A DNA stretch of 57,056 nt, the filler included, from Jimgerdemannia flammicorona (lineage: Eukaryota), in the NCBI GenBank assembly GCA_003990765.1. It is 3 parts of 3 records of this genome, joined end to end, with 100 filler letters (N's around TTAATTAATTAA, not from the genome) between each part and the next. Parts side by side here need not be neighbours in the genome. Positions count along the whole stretch, not along the records: positions 38,108 to 57,056 come from RBNJ01002067.1; 2 more parts are not named here. The stretch is one strand, 5' to 3'. Position numbers and translations under genes: made by a program. The stretch's first letter is position 1. Each line of letters begins with the position of its first letter. The notes below the pieces were generated by a model. It was not told the DNA's origin. It made no database searches and was given only the letters and a program-made list of their open reading frames with translations. This document shows positions 52,939-57,056 of this stretch, piece by piece.

Positions 52939-53402
52939 AAGGTTCTGTCTGTAGTTTGAATGTACTTGATATACTTATGGTTGAGTTGTTATACTATATT
53001 GTTAATTTGGTCATAAGATGAAGTAGTAATCATTTCAGTAGTAGTAACTCAGAGATAGTAAATAAATATGCTATACTTATAGAAGAGTTCTCAGTATTTG
53101 CAAATAATGAGTTTCTGATATTGAGACATTTGAGTAATATCTGTGTTATGGTAGTGTTCAACTATATCTTCCAGAAGGTGGCTGATTTAGTAGTAACTTG
53201 AGATTTGTTCAATTTAGTAGACTTCACTAAGTATGTTCAGGGAATTCCATCAGACTTTCACAAAGTAGAGAGATATCAGGCTATGAATATTTATAAGAGG
53301 TAGAGGAGGAGTAACTCAGTTGACAATAGTATTTCAAATATCAGCATAGATGTAGTTGTAAATCTCAGTAGTCATAGTTGTATATATTTAAGAGTTGTGG
53401 TT

Positions 53403-53406
<4 letters not shown>

Positions 53407-53443
<37 letters not shown>

Positions 53444-54611
53444 GACTCAATATCCTGCAGATTTTTATTGGAAGAGAACCTAGACTATATAGGCCAAAAC
53501 CCTCCCCCACCACCCATCAAGTACTGTCTCTCTATTAACCTAAGCTAGCTATTGTCCAGTAGCTCGACTATACCAGATGTAGTAGAACCTATATTGGCCC
53601 ACACCTCATTCTGCACACTATACTCTCTCTACTATCAGGGGGAACTTAGCCATATTCCAACAACTGAAAGCACATATCTAAGACTCCAATATATATATAA
53701 GGCCATGTCTGAGTCAAATAGAATAGCCTCTGCCATCTTAAAGAGAATAATAGATAAAGAAAAACTCTCATCAAAGTACATTACAGTGGATAGAACCTAG
53801 TTCTCCTAGTCAAGGTGAGTAAAGAACTTATATATGAGATGAGAGGAGACCCCTAATATCCTACTACTCAAGCCTGTAGGCCTTGATCACATTGTCATAT
53901 CAGCTCTCAGTTCTAGTTAAGTATAGCCAAAATGTCTGAAATAGGTAGCCTTGGGCCCCCTAACCCCCTCCCAATGACCAGGGCCTCATCTGCTGAATTG
54001 CCAAAAGAAGCTGAGAGTGATACCTACCACCTAACTACTCTACACCAATCAAAAGGCCCCACCAAAACAGCATTCGCCCCAGTCCTGATGACCACCCCCA
54101 GCCTGGCACCCTACTAATTTACCATAATCATCCTTCCTCCTATCCGTGATGATCATCTCTCCTCCTATCCTGATAACACCTGAAAAGCAGTTACCTATAT
54201 CAGAACCATACTTACCAGAAAGCTTACCAAAGCCAGAGGGTCCCACCACAGATACTGAGGACCTGTAAGTAACCTATACTGAGCACTTGATGCCCAAGGT
54301 CAGCTGACTCTCTATGTAATCCATAATATACTGAGACAGCACTTTGTTAGTAATAATAAAAGGAAGAAGGTGCTACACCAAAATAGATATACTCCAGACA
54401 TAGCCAAAGGTATCAAAAACTATGAAAAAGTGGAGAAGACACTGATTCAATACTGATAAAGGGGCAACTCATCACCATTATCTTCCCCCCACTACCTTGC
54501 AAATAGGTACAGCAAACTAACCTGAGGTAGAGAGGGTAATAATTGTGGAAAGTAGACTTGGAAGGTTGTCTATAAAACTATTATAACTGGTAAGAAAGTA
54601 GAGAAAGGGAC
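53407..54611 (-). mobile_element. Full-length 1.2 kb non-autonomous poly(A) retroposon
   Basis: Poly(T) to 53439, AATAAA about 25 nt before the tail, 17-bp TSD AAGAGTTGTGGTTGTTT (53390-53406 / 54612-54628), empty site in the other LTR near 44342. Confidence 0.92.
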
Positions 54612-55460
54612 AAGAGTTGTGGTTGTTTATTTGGTTTATTATAGTTCTCTATTTCAATATATCTGAGTACTCAGTATATATTTAGTCCTAATTGATAAGA
54701 TTCTATTTATATAAATTTTATATTCTGTAACTTCAAGTTGACTCAGCTTTATACTCTGTGACTTCAGTTTGACTCAGCTTTATAATCTTATATTTGATTT
54801 TCAGATTTGTTTGAAGGATAATATGTGATTTTAGTGACTTAAAGATTGTGTACTTATAAGGTATTACTCTCAGTTACTCTCAATATACTGTGGTATTACT
54901 TGGAGATTATGTATTGAGAGATTCAAGACTGCTATACTTAACTAAAACTAAGAGCTGATATAGTAATATAATTGAAGCTCACAGACTTGAGTAGTAGAAT
55001 ATTAAAGATCTCCTCTCATCTCATATATAAGTTCTCTACTTATTTCATTAAGGAGAACTAGATTCTATTTATTATTCTATATTTTTTAGAAGAGTTTTTT
55101 TTTACCTATTACTCTGTTTGGAGTAGCAGAGGCTTTTCTATTCAGCTCAGATATAGTTTTATATATACATTAGAATTTCAGACATATGTCTTCAGTTATT
55201 AGTATATAACTACTTTCTCTCTAATAGTAAAGAGAGTATAGTATATAGAATGAGATATAGATAATAATATTTTACTCATCTGATATAATTAAGCTGCTGA
55301 ACAATAACTAGTCTAGATTAATAGAGATATAGTACTTAGAGGGGAGTAGGGGAGAGTTTTGGTCTATATATATATATAGTCTAGGTTTCCTTCTAATAAA
55401 AATCTATAGAATATAGAATCTATTAAAAAAAATAAAAATAAAAAATAAATAAATAAATAA

Positions 55461-56233
55461 ATAGTGATGAGTTGCCCCTTTATCAGTATTAGATCAGTAC
55501 TTTTTCTACTTTTTTGCAGTTTCTGATACCTCTGACTGCATCTGAGGTATGTTTGTTTTAGTATAGTACTTTCTTTTTTTTACTATTATCAATAAGATAT
55601 TATTTCAGTATATATATTATAGACTACATAGAGAGTTGGCCAATCATGAGTATCAAGTATTAGTATAGGTTATCTGCAGGTCTTCAGTATCTATAGTAGG
55701 GCTCTCTAAGCTTTGATGAGCTTCTCGATAAGTATAGTTCTAGCATAAGTAGTACTTTCAATAAATTAAATCAAATCAAAAGTCCAATTTAATTCAATTT
55801 AAATTGAATCAAAGGTCTAATTTGATTTAAGATTCAATTTAAACTCTATTTTTTGAAATATAATAACTTAATGAAAATATGTCCAAATTTAATAATCTTT
55901 AGCTTTTTAGATTCCTCTATATAAGAAAAATCTAATAAGCTAAAGATTGTCAAATTTGAATATATTTTTATTAAGTTATTATATTTTGAAAAATAGAGTT
56001 TAAATTGAACTCCAAATTTAATTTGAATTCAATTCAATTTAAACTTTATTCAAATTGAAAAATCTCCAATTTAATTCAATTCAAATGACTCTCAATTTGA
56101 TTTGATTTAAATTAATTTAATTTATTTGAGAATACTAGGTATAAGTGACTGTTTTTTTGGATAGAGTCAGAATGAGAGAAGAGATGACTATTATAGATAG
56201 ACAGAAGAGCAATAATGGTGAACCAGTTAGGTG
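55461..56233 (+). mobile_element. Internal fragment of a fourth retroposon copy, interrupted by a MITE
   Basis: Matches 42090-42463; directly follows the tail of the previous copy. Confidence 0.8.
55750..56137. mobile_element. Old hAT-type foldback MITE (different family)
   Basis: TAGTAC..ATACTA ends, long inverted arms, degenerate 8-bp TSD AGCATAAG/GGTATAAG; host sequence resumes after it. Confidence 0.8.
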
Positions 56234-56486
56234 CTTTCACCGACAACAACCAGTGAAATTCACAATCACAGCTCCTTATTACGGGAGCTACAACAATCCC
56301 GGCTACGGACCTTCATTCAGAGGTGGACATGATCTTCATATTTGCGATCAGCCGAACGATAGTTCGTCATCCTATAGCCGCTTACCACATGGTTATACCA
56401 GTATTGGTGCATCAGACACGACTCTTGCTGGTGCGCGCAATTTTACGGTCGCCGATTACGAAGTGTTCTCTATTTCGAAGGTGTGA
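56234..56486 (+). pseudogene. C-terminal part of a TLDc-domain protein gene, 5' part missing
   Basis: PVKF..YNNPGYGPSFRGGHDLHICD..SYSRL..Y..LAGARNFTVADYEVF is the typical TLDc C-terminus. The first ~30 aa of the tracked ORF (56145-56233) are retroposon sequence. Confidence 0.8.
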
Positions 56487-57056
56487 TGGCCAGTAATAAG
56501 CAATGATATGCTGGAGAACAGTGTATAGACGTTCTTCTGTTTGTGTGACCTTGGCTCAAGAAAGGAATTACATATGACCGAAGTCATTCATAAAATCTAG
56601 CGAAATCTTCCCATGTTTTCAAATCAATCCCTGACCATCATCTTATTAGTTATGTGACCTTTTTGTAATTTGAATCAATTCAAATAAATAAGGCAAAAAT
56701 ATGACGGAAATTTAGTGGCAATATCAAAGCGTTTGTAAAAACTCATTATAAGACCAAGCACTGTTGTTATGCGCACCATGCATGATCATTGAGCGATTTC
56801 GGCAAGATCGAAACCCACAAATAGTCAACGATGCGCACCCTACGGTTTCAGCGCCAATTCCAAACCGACCCTGATTTACGCCACTCTAGCCATTAGTAGC
56901 CAACTGCGATCTCCATAAATTGGCCACCACGCCATGTAAATGTCAATTATCGCAGTAACGTTGGGACATTTGATTTATTCGCATTACAAATGAGGGCTAT
57001 CTATTGCTAACTAAGATTGAATAATGCGAATGGAAAAGGATTAGCGAAGCATTCCA

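Larger units (their letters stand above)
42548..54858 (-). mobile_element. Full-length chromovirus (Ty3/gypsy) element C: LTR-gag-dUTPase-PR-RT-RH-IN-chromodomain-LTR, decayed
   Basis: LTRs 42548-44595 and 51086-54858, TSD AAGTA/AGGTA, PPT AAAAAGGAGAGAG at 44597-44609, decayed PBS ACTTAGTAGCAG. Protease INSGASGNFI (~48400), RT VYIDD (~47380), RNase H VITNASDLALGAVL, chromodomain EEYKVEQIL..EYLVK*K (~45060-45210). Confidence 0.92.
51086..54858 (-). repeat. Element C 5' LTR carrying two later retro-insertions
   Basis: Homologous to 42548-44595, with insertions at 52450-52938 and 53407-54611. Confidence 0.9.
41958..55460 (+). mobile_element. 1.2 kb non-autonomous retroposon split by element C (halves 41958-42547 and 54859-55460)
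   Basis: The halves join colinearly against the copy at 53407-54611 (with an internal deletion in the second half). Starts GCCCCTTTCTC and ends with AATAAA plus an A-rich tail. Confidence 0.85.

Overview
Eukaryotic, almost certainly fungal, DNA dominated by nested transposable elements. The intron style and gene families suggest an early-diverging Mucoromycota-like genome (inference). Host sequence is limited to an apparently intact 12-exon cytochrome P450 (38717-41343, -), a decayed 5'-nucleotidase (~545-2722, +) and the C-terminal end of a TLDc-domain gene (56234-56486). The rest is a TE stack. It contains two long L1/Tx1-type LINEs plus a short 3' fragment, and four Ty3/gypsy elements that all carry a dUTPase: A, B, D and chromovirus C. 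There are also two further LTRs (E, F), a Ty1/copia element with a half-tRNA-iMet PBS, three hAT MITEs, the end of a larger hAT element, and four copies of a ~1.2 kb poly(A)-tailed non-autonomous retroelement. Two 100-nt N spacers (18955-19054, 38008-38107) mean the three segments may not be truly adjacent. TEs are strongly C-to-T/G-to-A eroded while host genes keep their CpGs. Best novelty candidate: a shared, unannotated accessory ORF family (motif Y-x-I-G, acidic tail) in three different LTR elements, either inside the U3 of very long LTRs (C, F) or coupled to the integrase stop by an ATGA overlap (B). The second candidate is the 1.2 kb retroposon, which has a fixed 5' end and a decayed antisense ORF. 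All translations and alignments were done by eye; no searches were run.
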